From positions 14,253,694-14,317,693 of the forward strand of contig CM119267.1 in assembly GCA_051294375.1 (NCBI GenBank): 64,000 nucleotides of DNA, read 5' to 3'. The stretch is from Paraspadella gotoi. Lineage: Eukaryota; Animalia; Chaetognatha. Under the pieces are notes generated by a model. That model was not told the origin of the DNA. It saw nothing but the letters and a program-made list of their open reading frames with translations, and made no database searches. The position numbers and the translations under genes were made by a program. Positions 27,360-38,300 of the stretch are shown here, one piece after another (position 1 is the first letter of the stretch; the number at the start of each line of letters is the position of its first letter).

Positions 27360-28255
27360 CTTTTGGTAGATTCGTCTTCAGAAATACGAGTTACAGGGAC
27401 TTCAATTCTTTTACTGTATATTATTTTTATAACATTTATTAGTTAGAAAAAGTTTCTATTGACCTAAAAAATATTCATATTTCTTTATAGTATAATCACA
27501 GTAGCACGGAGTCACTTTTCTTCATTTTTTTCGTCCAAGTTTTAATTGCTTTTAATAAGTATTAACGCTGATTGTGAAGTTATCTGACATAAAAATAAAA
27601 ATTGTGGGTGATAAAAAGTTAGTTTGGTGATTTTTTATTATAAAAAAATTATCATGTAAAACCTAATTTATTTACTATGGTAACTATTATTTATCAACAA
27701 AGTCGTCTTTCGTAATTTTTTTCCTCCAAGCTGAAATTTTAATTTTTTATAGATTTTAAAGGGAAAACGTGAATATTATCAAGTATTATTCAATATTCAT
27801 ATTATAAAAAAAATAATCTGGTTCGTGATACATTTATTACAGTATCTTATTAATCATAAAAATGAAGCATGAAAACAAATTCAATTGTTTTAATGGGAAC
27901 TTAAGGATTGATAATAAGATCTACTTTCAAAGTAACAAAATTTCAAAGGAAAAAATGCTTCTTCAGAAATTTACCCTCTGTAGAAAATGTTTATAACATA
28001 GAAACTATCCAAGCTAGAATGTTCCAAATTGGTAGAAAAAGTCAAATATTTTTTTATTAGTACGAAAAAATTTTATATCCCGAATGCTCTTCATTTTGAT
28101 TATATTACAAGTTTTTTCGTATCAGTCCAGATTGAAGTCCCTGTAGTATAATACTTGCAGATTACGACGTTAATTTAAATTTAGTTAAGTGACCTTTCAT
28201 TTCATTATTATGATTGTTATTTAAGTATTTGGTCCTTTATATTCCATTTCTAAGA

Positions 28256-29257
28256 ATGGGATCTCGTGTCGCCGCTTGTTGCCTTCTGAACATTTCCGAG
28301 GCTCGGAACACCGCCGTTGTGGAAAAAATTACACTCGCAGCGATCAAAAAGAACCCGCCACTTGCGATCGAAACGAGCGTTTTAAACGTCTTTAGAGACG
28401 AAGAATACAACCGGTCTGTCTTAACCCTCGCGTCTCAGTCGACGGTCGCTCTTTTAACCGCCATAGGAGCCGCCTGTGAGGAAGCTTTCGCCTCCATCGA
28501 CCTCAGCTTCCACTTCGGTGGTCATCCTCGTCTCGGCGCTGTGGATTTGGCGGCGATTCACCCGATCGATGATGAAGTTACCATGAGCGAATGTGGTCGC
28601 GTCGCGAAGGAGGCCGCTCGGACCCTGTCGGAACGTGTTGAAGGCACCTCTTTTTTCCTATTCGGTCACGGGGAGGACGGCGGATTGTTAAAACCGTTGG
28701 TGGAACGTCGTCGGGAGGTAGGATGGTTTCGCGGTCTTTATTCGCCGCCGAAATTCCCGGCCGATTTCAAACCTGATTATGGGAGGTTTCCCGGGGTGAG
28801 GTCTGGATTGACGGGCATCGGCGCTATTCCCTACATGATGAACGTTAACAATACAATTTCGACGAGAGATTTGAAGGTGGGAAAAGTCGTTGCCGACTCC
28901 ATACGAGAAGCTACCGGTGGGCTTCCTGGGGTGAGGGCAATGGCTTTTGCACACGGGGATAACGTGGAGATCGCCTGCAATGTGGAGGCCGTCCCAGAGA
29001 TTGTTGCCCAATCGGGGTATGTTCGCTCTAGTCCACGATGCTCATTATACCATGCTTCGCCGGAATTGATTCGAAAGCGCATCGGGGATGCGTTGGGGAC
29101 AATTAACAATAAAACGAACGCCAATATTAGTTTTATTGACGAGAGCACAATCGTAGGATATACCCCGGGTGAAATACACAATTTGGGTCTGGCGGCTTTC
29201 ACGAGAAACGATCCTTTGTTTTACCGAACTCGGAAAAATATTTATATTGTTATGTAG
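28256..29257 (+). CDS. FTCDNL1: Formiminotransferase N-terminal subdomain-containing protein
   Basis: VAACCLLNISEAR, VLNVFRDEEYNRSVLTLA, GGHPRLGAVDL, GGLPGVRAMAFAH, VEIACNV. Confidence 0.88.
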   Translation: MGSRVAACCLLNISEARNTAVVEKITLAAIKKNPPLAIETSVLNVFRDEEYNRSVLTLASQSTVALLTAIGAACEEAFASIDLSFHFGGHPRLGAVDLAAIHPIDDEVTMSECGRVAKEAARTLSERVEGTSFFLFGHGEDGGLLKPLVERRREVGWFRGLYSPPKFPADFKPDYGRFPGVRSGLTGIGAIPYMMNVNNTISTRDLKVGKVVADSIREATGGLPGVRAMAFAHGDNVEIACNVEAVPEIVAQSGYVRSSPRCSLYHASPELIRKRIGDALGTINNKTNANISFIDESTIVGYTPGEIHNLGLAAFTRNDPLFYRTRKNIYIVM

Positions 29258-29274
29258 CATTTTGACGGGCGAGG

Positions 29275-31621
29275 TTTTTAGTCGGATCTGCTCATCTAAA
29301 ATCCACTTTGTCGGTCCGCCCCCTCAATCTTGTCGGGCATTCACTTATATCATGTCAGAAAAATTATGTCCGTCCGTCTCTGTCTGTCCGTCCGTCCACC
29401 TTAGCAAAAAACACCAATTACTCGTGATTAGATGGATAGATTGAAATGAAATTTTGTATGTGGTTAGGGGAAGTGTGTGATTGAGCTGGATAGGAAGTTT
29501 CGATGGAATCGTCTGAGTGGAAATGAGTTAAAATGGGGAAAAAAATCTATTTCACTATTTGAACACCACATACTCATGAGTAGAGGGAGCATTGACTTGA
29601 AATTTTGTATGTGGGCAGGAAAGTGTGTGATGAAGCTGGAATTCAAGTTTTGATGGAATCGACTAAAAGGAAATAAGTTTAAATGAAAAAAACAAAAAAA
29701 CCTGTTTCACTAATTATGCGTTTTTATCGTCGCAATCGCTTTGCTGTGGTTTTGCACACAAGTGGCGTCGTCGTCGTTGTTGTCGTCGGCGTTCCAAATT
29801 ATAGATCGCCTTTTTATCGTCGCAATCGCTTATAATTTGGAATGACGACGACGACACCACTTATGGGCAAAAGCGATACAATATTGTCGCAATCGCTTAG
29901 TTTGCGACGATATTGTATCACTTTTGCCCATAAGTGGTGTCGTCGTTGTCGTCGGCATTCCAAATTATAGATCGCCTTTTTTATGATTAAATTTGGGTGT
30001 ATGAAGCTGAAAATTAATATACAGCTTTTCATCGTCGATGTGCTTAAAATTGAGTCTGACAGTTATTAAATGTTTTGGTTACGTTTTATCAAACAAACAA
30101 AATTTATTTTTATATTTCTTTCTCTCTCTCTTTTCTCTTTTAATTACATGTCTCTCTCCCTCTCTCTTTTCCCTAGTCACTGATTCATAGGGGAAAAAAA
30201 CGAGTCTGCAGCTGCTCTGCAGGGGCTTATTCTTTTTCTCTCTTTTCTCCTGCTGCTTCTGCTGCTGCCTTTTGATTTCTTTCTTTTTTTCTGGGTGCCT
30301 CTGCTGCTGCCGCTGCTGATCGTCCGAAAACGATTTGGCTCTTCTCTCTCTCTCTCTCTGCGTTTTTATTAAAAAAAAAAATAGGATTGAACTCGTAAAA
30401 TTAGGCTTCGCATTTGTGCATGTTATCTTTTGCTATCGCAACATCGGGTTTTTATTTCGTTCTTTCTTCTCGTCATTCTCTTTCTTCTTTTATTTTTTTT
30501 TCTATTTTTTTCTTTCTTTCTTTCCTTTCTATTCTTTCTTTCTTTCTCTTTCTATTCTTTCTTTCCTTTCTATTCTTTCTTTCTTTCTTCTTCTTTTTCT
30601 ATTCTTTCTTTCTTTTTCTATTTTTCTTTTCTTTCTTTCTTCTTTCTATTCTTTCTTTCCTTTCTATTCTTTCTTTCCTTTCTATTTCTTTCTTTCTTTC
30701 TTTTTCTATTCTTTCTTTCTTTCTTTCTTTCTATTTCTTTCTTTCCTTTCTACTTTCTTTCTATTCTTTCTTTCTTTCTATTCTTTCTTTCTTTCTATTC
30801 TTTCTTTCCTTTCTATTCTTTCTTTCCTTTCTATTCTTTCTCTCCTTTTTATTCTTTCTTTCCTTCCTATTTTTTCTTTCCTTCCTATTTTTTCTTTCCT
30901 TTCTATTTTTTCTTTCCTTTCTATTTTTTCTTTCCTTTTTATTTTTTCTTTCCTTTCTATTTTTTCTTTTCTTTCTATTCTTTCTTTCCTTTCTATTTTT
31001 TCTTTCCTTTCTCTTCTTTCTCTCTTTTTTTTTTCCTTTCTTTTCTTTCTCTTCTTTCTTTCCTTTTTTTTCTTTCTTTCCTTTCTTTTCTTTCTTTCCT
31101 TTTTTTTCTTTTTTTCCTTTCTATTCTTTCTTTATATTTATTCTTTTCTTCTTTTTCTTTGTTTATAAATTAATTTTCTTTTCTCAAATTAGATTTTTTT
31201 TTACATTGTGATTAAACTTTGTTTCGTTGTGTTTTGAGGTATTTGAAATTAAAGACAGTCTTGATACATTTTTACAACGATTTTATTTTTATTGTTCAGA
31301 CAAGTTTCGGCTTTCATTCAAGCCTTCATCAGTGCTTTCCTTTCCATAGTATAAAAATTTGTCGTCAATCCAAATTTTTCTTATGCGATATCGACGATCC
31401 TTATGCTTTTAAGATTTTTTATGATTAAATTTCGGTGTATGAAGTTGAAAAGACCTAAAAACAAACATTTCGGATCAAATATATTAATTTATTAATTGCC
31501 TAATTAATTAATTGACTTTAATTAATTAATTAATAACCGCTTTGATAGGGGGCAAACCTTGCGGATCCCCTTACAGCTTATGATCGTGGGCAGACCCGAC
31601 ATTGTTTGTTCAAACTAGTTT
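29275..31621 (+). mobile_element. Family A HINE-like element with family B nested inside (approx. 29721-31420)
   Basis: Family A ends (TTTTTAGTCGGATCTGC ... GGGCAGACCCGACATTGTTTG) enclose family B (ATCGTCGCAATCGC ... GCGATATCGACGATCCTTATGCTTTTAAGATTTT). Confidence 0.7.
30460..31160. repeat. Polypyrimidine tandem repeat (TTTC-based, units like TTCTATTCTTTCTTTCCT)
   Basis: About 700 nt almost entirely T/C with scattered A. Confidence 0.95.
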
Positions 31622-31826
31622 TTAATTGTCGTAATTAGACAGGAGTGCTGTTGTTACATCCCTATAAATTATTACATAGTCTTTATACACTAGCTGTCTT
31701 ATTTTGTTAATTATTGCAGATTTTTCAGATTTCAACGCATGCTGCCTAATGTTAACTCATTTTAAACCGCATCAAACGCCTTGTTTACACAATGATTGTT
31801 AGCTCTCCACTAAAAATTTAAAAACA

Positions 31827-34800
31827 ATGGATGAAAAATCCGCAACCTATCCCGTCCTTGACTCGGAAAAATGTCCCAACTCATCATTCGACGAAGCGCA
31901 CCCCCAAAACGCCGTTAGGAAGAATCTTTCGGCACCTTGCGCTTGTCGGAAAAACCAGCGTCCGCTCCCGAACCCCATTCCATACACGCACATGGGACAC
32001 GCCTCCTCCGTGAACTCGCTTAAGGAGTCACTGAGTCTTCTTACGGATATCCCATTGGCAGAGATAAAAATCGTCGAGGTTCGAAAAGTCGTCGAACGTA
32101 TAACGGAAAACGTCGATTGCCCGCTCCCTCCGGACGAGGACAATGTCATTCGGCGAGGCGATGAAAGGATGCTAGTTTTAGCTGAAAGCCATTTGGGCCA
32201 TACATGCCAGTATGCTGTCACGGTCGTCTCCCTCATCGTTTGGAATGGAGTTGATTCCGATCTCGCCAACCAAGCCTACCACGTTGCCAAAGAAAGGCTC
32301 GCTCCGAGCCAAAGGTTTCTGGACCGAGGATGCGCGCGAAACGCGGAAAAAAGCTGCTTCTGCCAAGGACAGGGAGAAAACATGGGGGTGTCTTTTTCTT
32401 TGGGCTGTTCTTGGAACACTTATACTAAAGGGTGCAAGTTCAAGAGAAGCAAAAAGCCAAACAAGTTCCACCTTGGTCATAATAGCAACGATGAGGACGT
32501 GGAGGCCGTCAGCGACATCATACACCAGATGGCTGATGCCTTTTCGCCGAAACTAAAGCGATTTGCTCCTGGCGCCTTTGAAAATCAAATAGAGATTGAA
32601 CAACGGGCCCCAGATTGTTGCCTCGGTCGAGGCCCGTTCTTTCGGCCCTTTTCTTCCGTGACTGTTTGCCTGGATTTTAGCGCTCATCGCCACAAGGATT
32701 TGAACAACATGATAGGCGGCTGCACAGTTGTTGCCACGTTTTTAAAAAATTCCTCTGATATGCCAGATGATCCTGCATTTCCTTCTAATGAGCAACTACA
32801 TATCCTACCTCAGTATTTTTTAGCTGATTCCCAACTGCCTGATTATCCATCAAAAAGTTTTCGGGGCGTTGGCCTGGCTTTAACCCACGGTTCTCTTTTA
32901 TTTGAGTACGCCCGTGGAGAATGGCACGCCACTTCTCCCGTGATTCATCCAAATCGTTATAATCCAACCCGGGTCAGCTTTGTCTTCTATCAGCACCAAG
33001 GACTGATGGCTCCGGGTCATGGATATAGGCCTAATTGGAAAGACAGTCGGATTCACTCAATATTGACGAAGATGAAAAGCGACGATAAAAAGCCGGTCTT
33101 CAAAACCAAATCTCCCCGACACCCGGAAAGCCACCCGTTATTGACTTACGTCTCGCCTCATCGCGCCCTGTATGCGACGCATGTGCCCGACTCGGAGGTG
33201 CCTTTATTGTCGCTCGCGGACGACCGATGGATGATGTCAAAAAGAGACACCTTTGAGGAGATGGAAGGGCAAGAAATGGACTATATTATGCATCTGCTGG
33301 ATAATGAGGATGCGCTGGAATCTGCGCTTGGAGAAGCGGCGGAGCCGGACACTTCAGGTGATACGGAGAAAAGCTCAAATTCTTCGACGGTTGTGAAAAT
33401 GGTGCCTCAGGATGATTCTGAATTAAAGACTATCATGCTTGATGGTGAGCTTGTCGCGACGAGAACTCCTATTGTTTCGGATCCTCCTGTTAATTTGAGT
33501 CACTTGCCTCAAACGGTCAACGCGGCTAAAGTTCCACCGATCATAGTCGCTAAGTCTTCGCCTATCGTACCTGCCAGTAACAATGTTCAACCAATCGTTG
33601 CTGGCGCAAACAATGTACCAGCGATCGTCGCCTCAACTATGAACTTTCCAGCAATCGTCCCAAAAATCGCTCCAAAGATGGTACCGGCGATAGTCTCAAC
33701 GATTAACGAACCCTCGGCTGCTCTGGAAAGTCGCTCGAATGTTCCTGAAAACTCATTGACCGGATTGGCGGTGGGATCCATGATCAGAATGAATTCTACA
33801 GTTGGGTCGACGCTCAATGACGCTCCCGCTATCCCTACAGTCACGTCAGTCTCCTACCAATCCTTTCCATCTTCTCCAGCAACAATAAACTCTCCCCCGA
33901 CCTCTGGAATCGTTCCGAACGCGTCTCAAAACCCGCCTTCACGTCAGTCCCTCGATTATTCCAGAACAGGTTTAATTTCTTCGGCTCCATATTCTCCTCC
34001 ATCCGTAAATTATCAATCGCCCAATCCAAAACTTACATCTCCAAAGAAGCAGGGCAGCGAACTCACGCCCATCAAGTTAGAGGATAAAAGATGCCAGTGT
34101 CCCGTCTGTTTCAAAACATTTAGCACTTCGGGCAACGCCAATCGCCACATTAAAGCAACCCATGTTGGAAAGGACAACCTTGTCAAGCGGAAGAACTACT
34201 CGAGCGAGTCCACCGAGGCAAAAAGGTCCAAGTTGGCCTCTAGCCCAGACAATTCTCCGGCATACTCGCCGAATTCGCCGTCTTCTCATTACACGCCGAA
34301 TTTTGGTTCTCAGATGGTAGCTGATCGATTCGTTACATTTCAGGAGCAACAGAACAGTTACGAACAGGATGTCACTTTTAACGGTCAGGGTTTGTCAAAT
34401 TCGGCTCATTATCAGTACGACAGGGATAACTCCGTCCAGGATCCCTTTTCCGAGCTTCCTCCAAACTTGCACCTTTCTCATCAATTGGACCCGATAGCGC
34501 CAGACAACTTTTCATCATCTCCACAAACAGTCTACTTGACTCAGGGAGCGACTCGCGTCGCCGTCGCCGACGAGTACAAGCCCAGCGGCGGGGTCGGGGC
34601 TTTTGACGAGGCGGCTTCACAGCCTCAGCTGCAGCAGTACGTCAATCCGAACGAAAGTTACGGGCGAGACCCGCAGTACGACTGCAACAATGGGACCAAC
34701 CATTCCTCATACTATGCAAATTACCCAGTGTATACCAACGACGAGCTCAAGACGACCGAATACGCACCGTCGAACGGATATACGAAAATAGTTCCTGTCG

Positions 34801-34847
34801 AAAATAACGGCGTCTATCACAACTTTCCTAATTACTTAAGCCTTTAA
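31827..34847 (+). CDS. TET: TET-family 2OG/Fe(II) dioxygenase with C-terminal C2H2 zinc finger, single exon
   Basis: Cys-rich domain (YTHMG, GHTC, CARN..SCFCQG, SFSLGCSW..GCKF). DSBH fold with RPFSSVTVCLDFSAHRHKD (HxD), EQLHILP, LTHGSLLFE..EWHAT, PTRVSFVFYQH. Confidence 0.93.
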   Translation: MDEKSATYPVLDSEKCPNSSFDEAHPQNAVRKNLSAPCACRKNQRPLPNPIPYTHMGHASSVNSLKESLSLLTDIPLAEIKIVEVRKVVERITENVDCPLPPDEDNVIRRGDERMLVLAESHLGHTCQYAVTVVSLIVWNGVDSDLANQAYHVAKERLAPSQRFLDRGCARNAEKSCFCQGQGENMGVSFSLGCSWNTYTKGCKFKRSKKPNKFHLGHNSNDEDVEAVSDIIHQMADAFSPKLKRFAPGAFENQIEIEQRAPDCCLGRGPFFRPFSSVTVCLDFSAHRHKDLNNMIGGCTVVATFLKNSSDMPDDPAFPSNEQLHILPQYFLADSQLPDYPSKSFRGVGLALTHGSLLFEYARGEWHATSPVIHPNRYNPTRVSFVFYQHQGLMAPGHGYRPNWKDSRIHSILTKMKSDDKKPVFKTKSPRHPESHPLLTYVSPHRALYATHVPDSEVPLLSLADDRWMMSKRDTFEEMEGQEMDYIMHLLDNEDALESALGEAAEPDTSGDTEKSSNSSTVVKMVPQDDSELKTIMLDGELVATRTPIVSDPPVNLSHLPQTVNAAKVPPIIVAKSSPIVPASNNVQPIVAGANNVPAIVASTMNFPAIVPKIAPKMVPAIVSTINEPSAALESRSNVPENSLTGLAVGSMIRMNSTVGSTLNDAPAIPTVTSVSYQSFPSSPATINSPPTSGIVPNASQNPPSRQSLDYSRTGLISSAPYSPPSVNYQSPNPKLTSPKKQGSELTPIKLEDKRCQCPVCFKTFSTSGNANRHIKATHVGKDNLVKRKNYSSESTEAKRSKLASSPDNSPAYSPNSPSSHYTPNFGSQMVADRFVTFQEQQNSYEQDVTFNGQGLSNSAHYQYDRDNSVQDPFSELPPNLHLSHQLDPIAPDNFSSSPQTVYLTQGATRVAVADEYKPSGGVGAFDEAASQPQLQQYVNPNESYGRDPQYDCNNGTNHSSYYANYPVYTNDELKTTEYAPSNGYTKIVPVENNGVYHNFPNYLSL

Positions 34848-35368
34848 AAGTCTCCCAACCCCGATTCATATTTTTCTTCGGTTGGATTTTTTTGAAGTGT
34901 TATCGAAACATTAAAAGTGCAAAAAGACTGAACTGACTTTTTAATACCCCTTTCACATTATTTTCCCCCAGTCGAACGAGCGGCGTTTATCTTTTTTTTT
35001 TAAATCGCTTTTTACATCATTAGGCCTTCGACTAAACATTTCACCCAAGTGGGTTTTTTATTTTTAGTTACTTTGATTGCTGTTGCAAAGTGCCTTTGTT
35101 TGCCGTTTTTATTAGGCGTAATAGGAGAAACTATTATTATTCTTAGCTTGATACATATTGTTACTAATATGATATTTGGAAAAAATTTTCTTTATATGAG
35201 ACTTAGATCTCATGTTTGCATTTTACTTCGTCGTATGCATAAAACATTTTTAATCCCATTACACAGGATTTTTTTTTTGAAATATACGCATGTCAGTCTT
35301 CCTTTAGCTTTTTTTTATATTAGATTATTGTGAACTAACCGAAAAAAAGCCCAAATGACTGGGCAGAA

Positions 35369-38300
35369 ATGACCGCGAATGTTAACGATTGTTTAAATTA
35401 CTTACCGTCTAAACTTTGTGACTCGTTGTTGCCCTTTCAAAAAGATGGTGTCAAGTACGGAATCGAGAAAAATGGATGCCTGCTCATCGCCGATGAGATG
35501 GGTCTCGGGAAAACCCTCCAGGCTCTCTGCGTCGCATATCGGTACAGAGAAGATTGGCCCATGCTCGTGGTCGCTCCGGCCTCCATGAGGTTAACCCTTG
35601 TTTATGAGATGTGGAGGGGGAGGTCGGAAAACTAATTTGTCGATATCCAAGGTATCCCTGGGTTGAAGAGATCGAAAAATGGCTGCCTGATATTGACCCT
35701 CGTCGCATTCGCCTTATTCAAAGTCAAGTCGACATCAACGAAATTAATGCGGAAAAGGTCGACATTGTCGTGATGAGCTACGGGATTTTCAGGTATAAAT
35801 CTAACAAAGTCGCAATTCTTGCAAAAAATTTTAACAAAGATCGTAACACGGACAAATAAATTTTATATGTTACGATTATGTTGATTTGTCGAATTGGCTT
35901 TATTTATATATATTGTGGTGGTATATTCACACCGCCTCACGTCCACCATCCTTCAGCCCAATCCATTGGCTCAGTGGGGGAACACACCATCCCAGGCGTA
36001 GTGTTCCATCTAGATTCTACAGTCCTAACGACTTCCCTCTGCGTTGGCAAAGCGAGACCGTCCTATGGTAACCGCGCCAGTGACTGGAGGCGTCACTGAG
36101 GGTCGGAAGCCCCCAAAGCCAACAGTGAGATGCCCCATCCCAATGGGCATCACAGGCAACCCGGCTGTTGCCATAATATATTATATATATATTTATTTAT
36201 GTATATATAATTTTTTTATGTATCATATTTGGCCTTCCTTTCTTTACAATCTTCAGCAACGCCAAGCGCAGCAAAGATCGTCAAAACTTTTACCGATCTC
36301 CTATCGTAGAGGCGATGTTTCGCGCTTCTTTTCAAGTAGTTATCCTTGACGAGAGTCACTACGTGAAAAACCCCAAGGCTAGGCGGACCGAAAACCTCAT
36401 CGATATCGTCAAGCGAGCCAAGAGGCGGATACTTTTAACGGGTACACCGGCTTTGGCTCGGCCCGAGGAGCTTTTCTCCCAAGTGGACGCCATCTTGCCA
36501 GGTATAACGAGAATGGCGGTATTTATAATGACTTCTGGTGAACCTTGAACAATGAACACAGTTTTCACGCCAATCATATTTAGGAAGTTTCGGCACTTGG
36601 CCGTGGTACTCGAAACAATATTGTAACGCGCACATGCGGTTTTTTGGAAAACGTAGGCAGTGGGATACATCAGGCGCTTCTAACTTGGAAGAGCTTCAAG
36701 CCAAGTTAACTTCTCGGTTGATGATTAGAAGGCTGAAGGCCGAGGTAGTAGTTTTTTTACAGCGACCATTTTGTTCTTGGAATAAGTTGTGATAAAGCAA
36801 TGATGGTTGCAAGGTTTTGACGCAACTTCCTCCGAAGACCCGCCAACGGATTCCGTTCGATGTTTCCCAATCTAAATTTAAACGGGATATCGAATCTACG
36901 TGGAAAGAGTTGGGCGCGTTTCTTAACAAGAACAACATCAACGTCTCTAAAGCCATGAGAATGGTTCAAGTCAGGACAGATGAGGATAAGGATGAAGGTC
37001 CAGTCGAAGGTCAAAAAACTATAAGGAAGGTAAGAAGAATCACAGAAATATTTTGTGATCGATTTTTAAGTGTTTTTTTAAAAAAATATTACTTTCAGAG
37101 CTGTTCCGAAAAACATTTCATTCGTCAATGCATTATAGACTTGGCTCGTTCCAGTGGCATGGCAAAAGTTGGTGCTGTTGTTGAGTATCTGCGCCTCCTT
37201 CTGCAAAATCCCCAAGAAAAATTCCTCGTATTTGCTCATCACAAGTGCGTCGTCGAAGGTTTAGCTATCGAATTAACCAAGATGGCCGCCGAGTTTGGTG
37301 GCTTCAAAATAATTCGAATTGACGGTGGAGTTCCTGTGGAACTCCGCGCTCAACTGGTTCAGAACTTCCAGTCGGACCCCAATGTTCGCGTGGCGCTGCT
37401 CTCTATTATGGCGGCTGGAACGGGCCTGACTTTCACGGCTGGATCCCACGTTGTCTTCGCTGAATTGCACTGGACGCCAGGCGTGCTTCAGGTTGTTTAA
37501 ACGCCCAAGTCTTGTAACGCTCGTTTCCATCTCTTACGATAATTAAAATTAGGTTGTTGTAACACCTTTAACAAATAAAATTTAATATATATTTTTTTTT
37601 TCAATGGGGTGAGTAAAAAAATTAGTATTTGTAATTTTGTACATGCTCAAACGAAAATTTATACACTTTTAAGTATATATATGGTTATTTAGTATATACC
37701 CTAGTAATTATTTTTATCTCGCGAATGCCCGACTTGGGCGAGATGTTAATTCGTTTCTGCTTCTTTTGACCGTAGTCGTCGTCGTCGTCATGCTGTTTTA
37801 ACATTGAAAATAGCTCAAGTGTGTAACCATATGAAGCTGAAAATTTACATATGGCTTCTCATCATTGAGAATTAAAAAATTGTTATGTTTCATATTCTTA
37901 CACTCGTTCACTCATTTGTTTGTTTTATTTACAAAACAATTTTTATATATATAGACGAGTTCAGTTCTGCAGCGGCTGTCCAGTGGCTGTCCAGTTTCTC
38001 TCTCTCTCTCTTTTAATTATATGTCGCTCTTTTTTTCCGTCGCAGCTTTTTCTGATTCGTTTAAAAACGAGTTCGCTCTGCAGCGGCTGTCCAGCTTCTC
38101 TCTATCTTTTTAGCCGGCTCTATAATTCATTTTGTCGGTCCGCCCCGCAATCTTGTCGGGCATTCACTTATATCATGTCAGAACGAATTATTATAAATTA
38201 TGCAAAAAAATGATGTCCGTCCGTCTCACCCTAGCAAAAAACACCAATTACTCTTGATTTTCAGCTCAATGACACACAAAATTTCATTCCAATCCATCCA

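Noticed and set aside
30335-31211. Three long Phe/Leu/Ser ORFs
   Set aside because: Artefacts of a stop-free polypyrimidine repeat.
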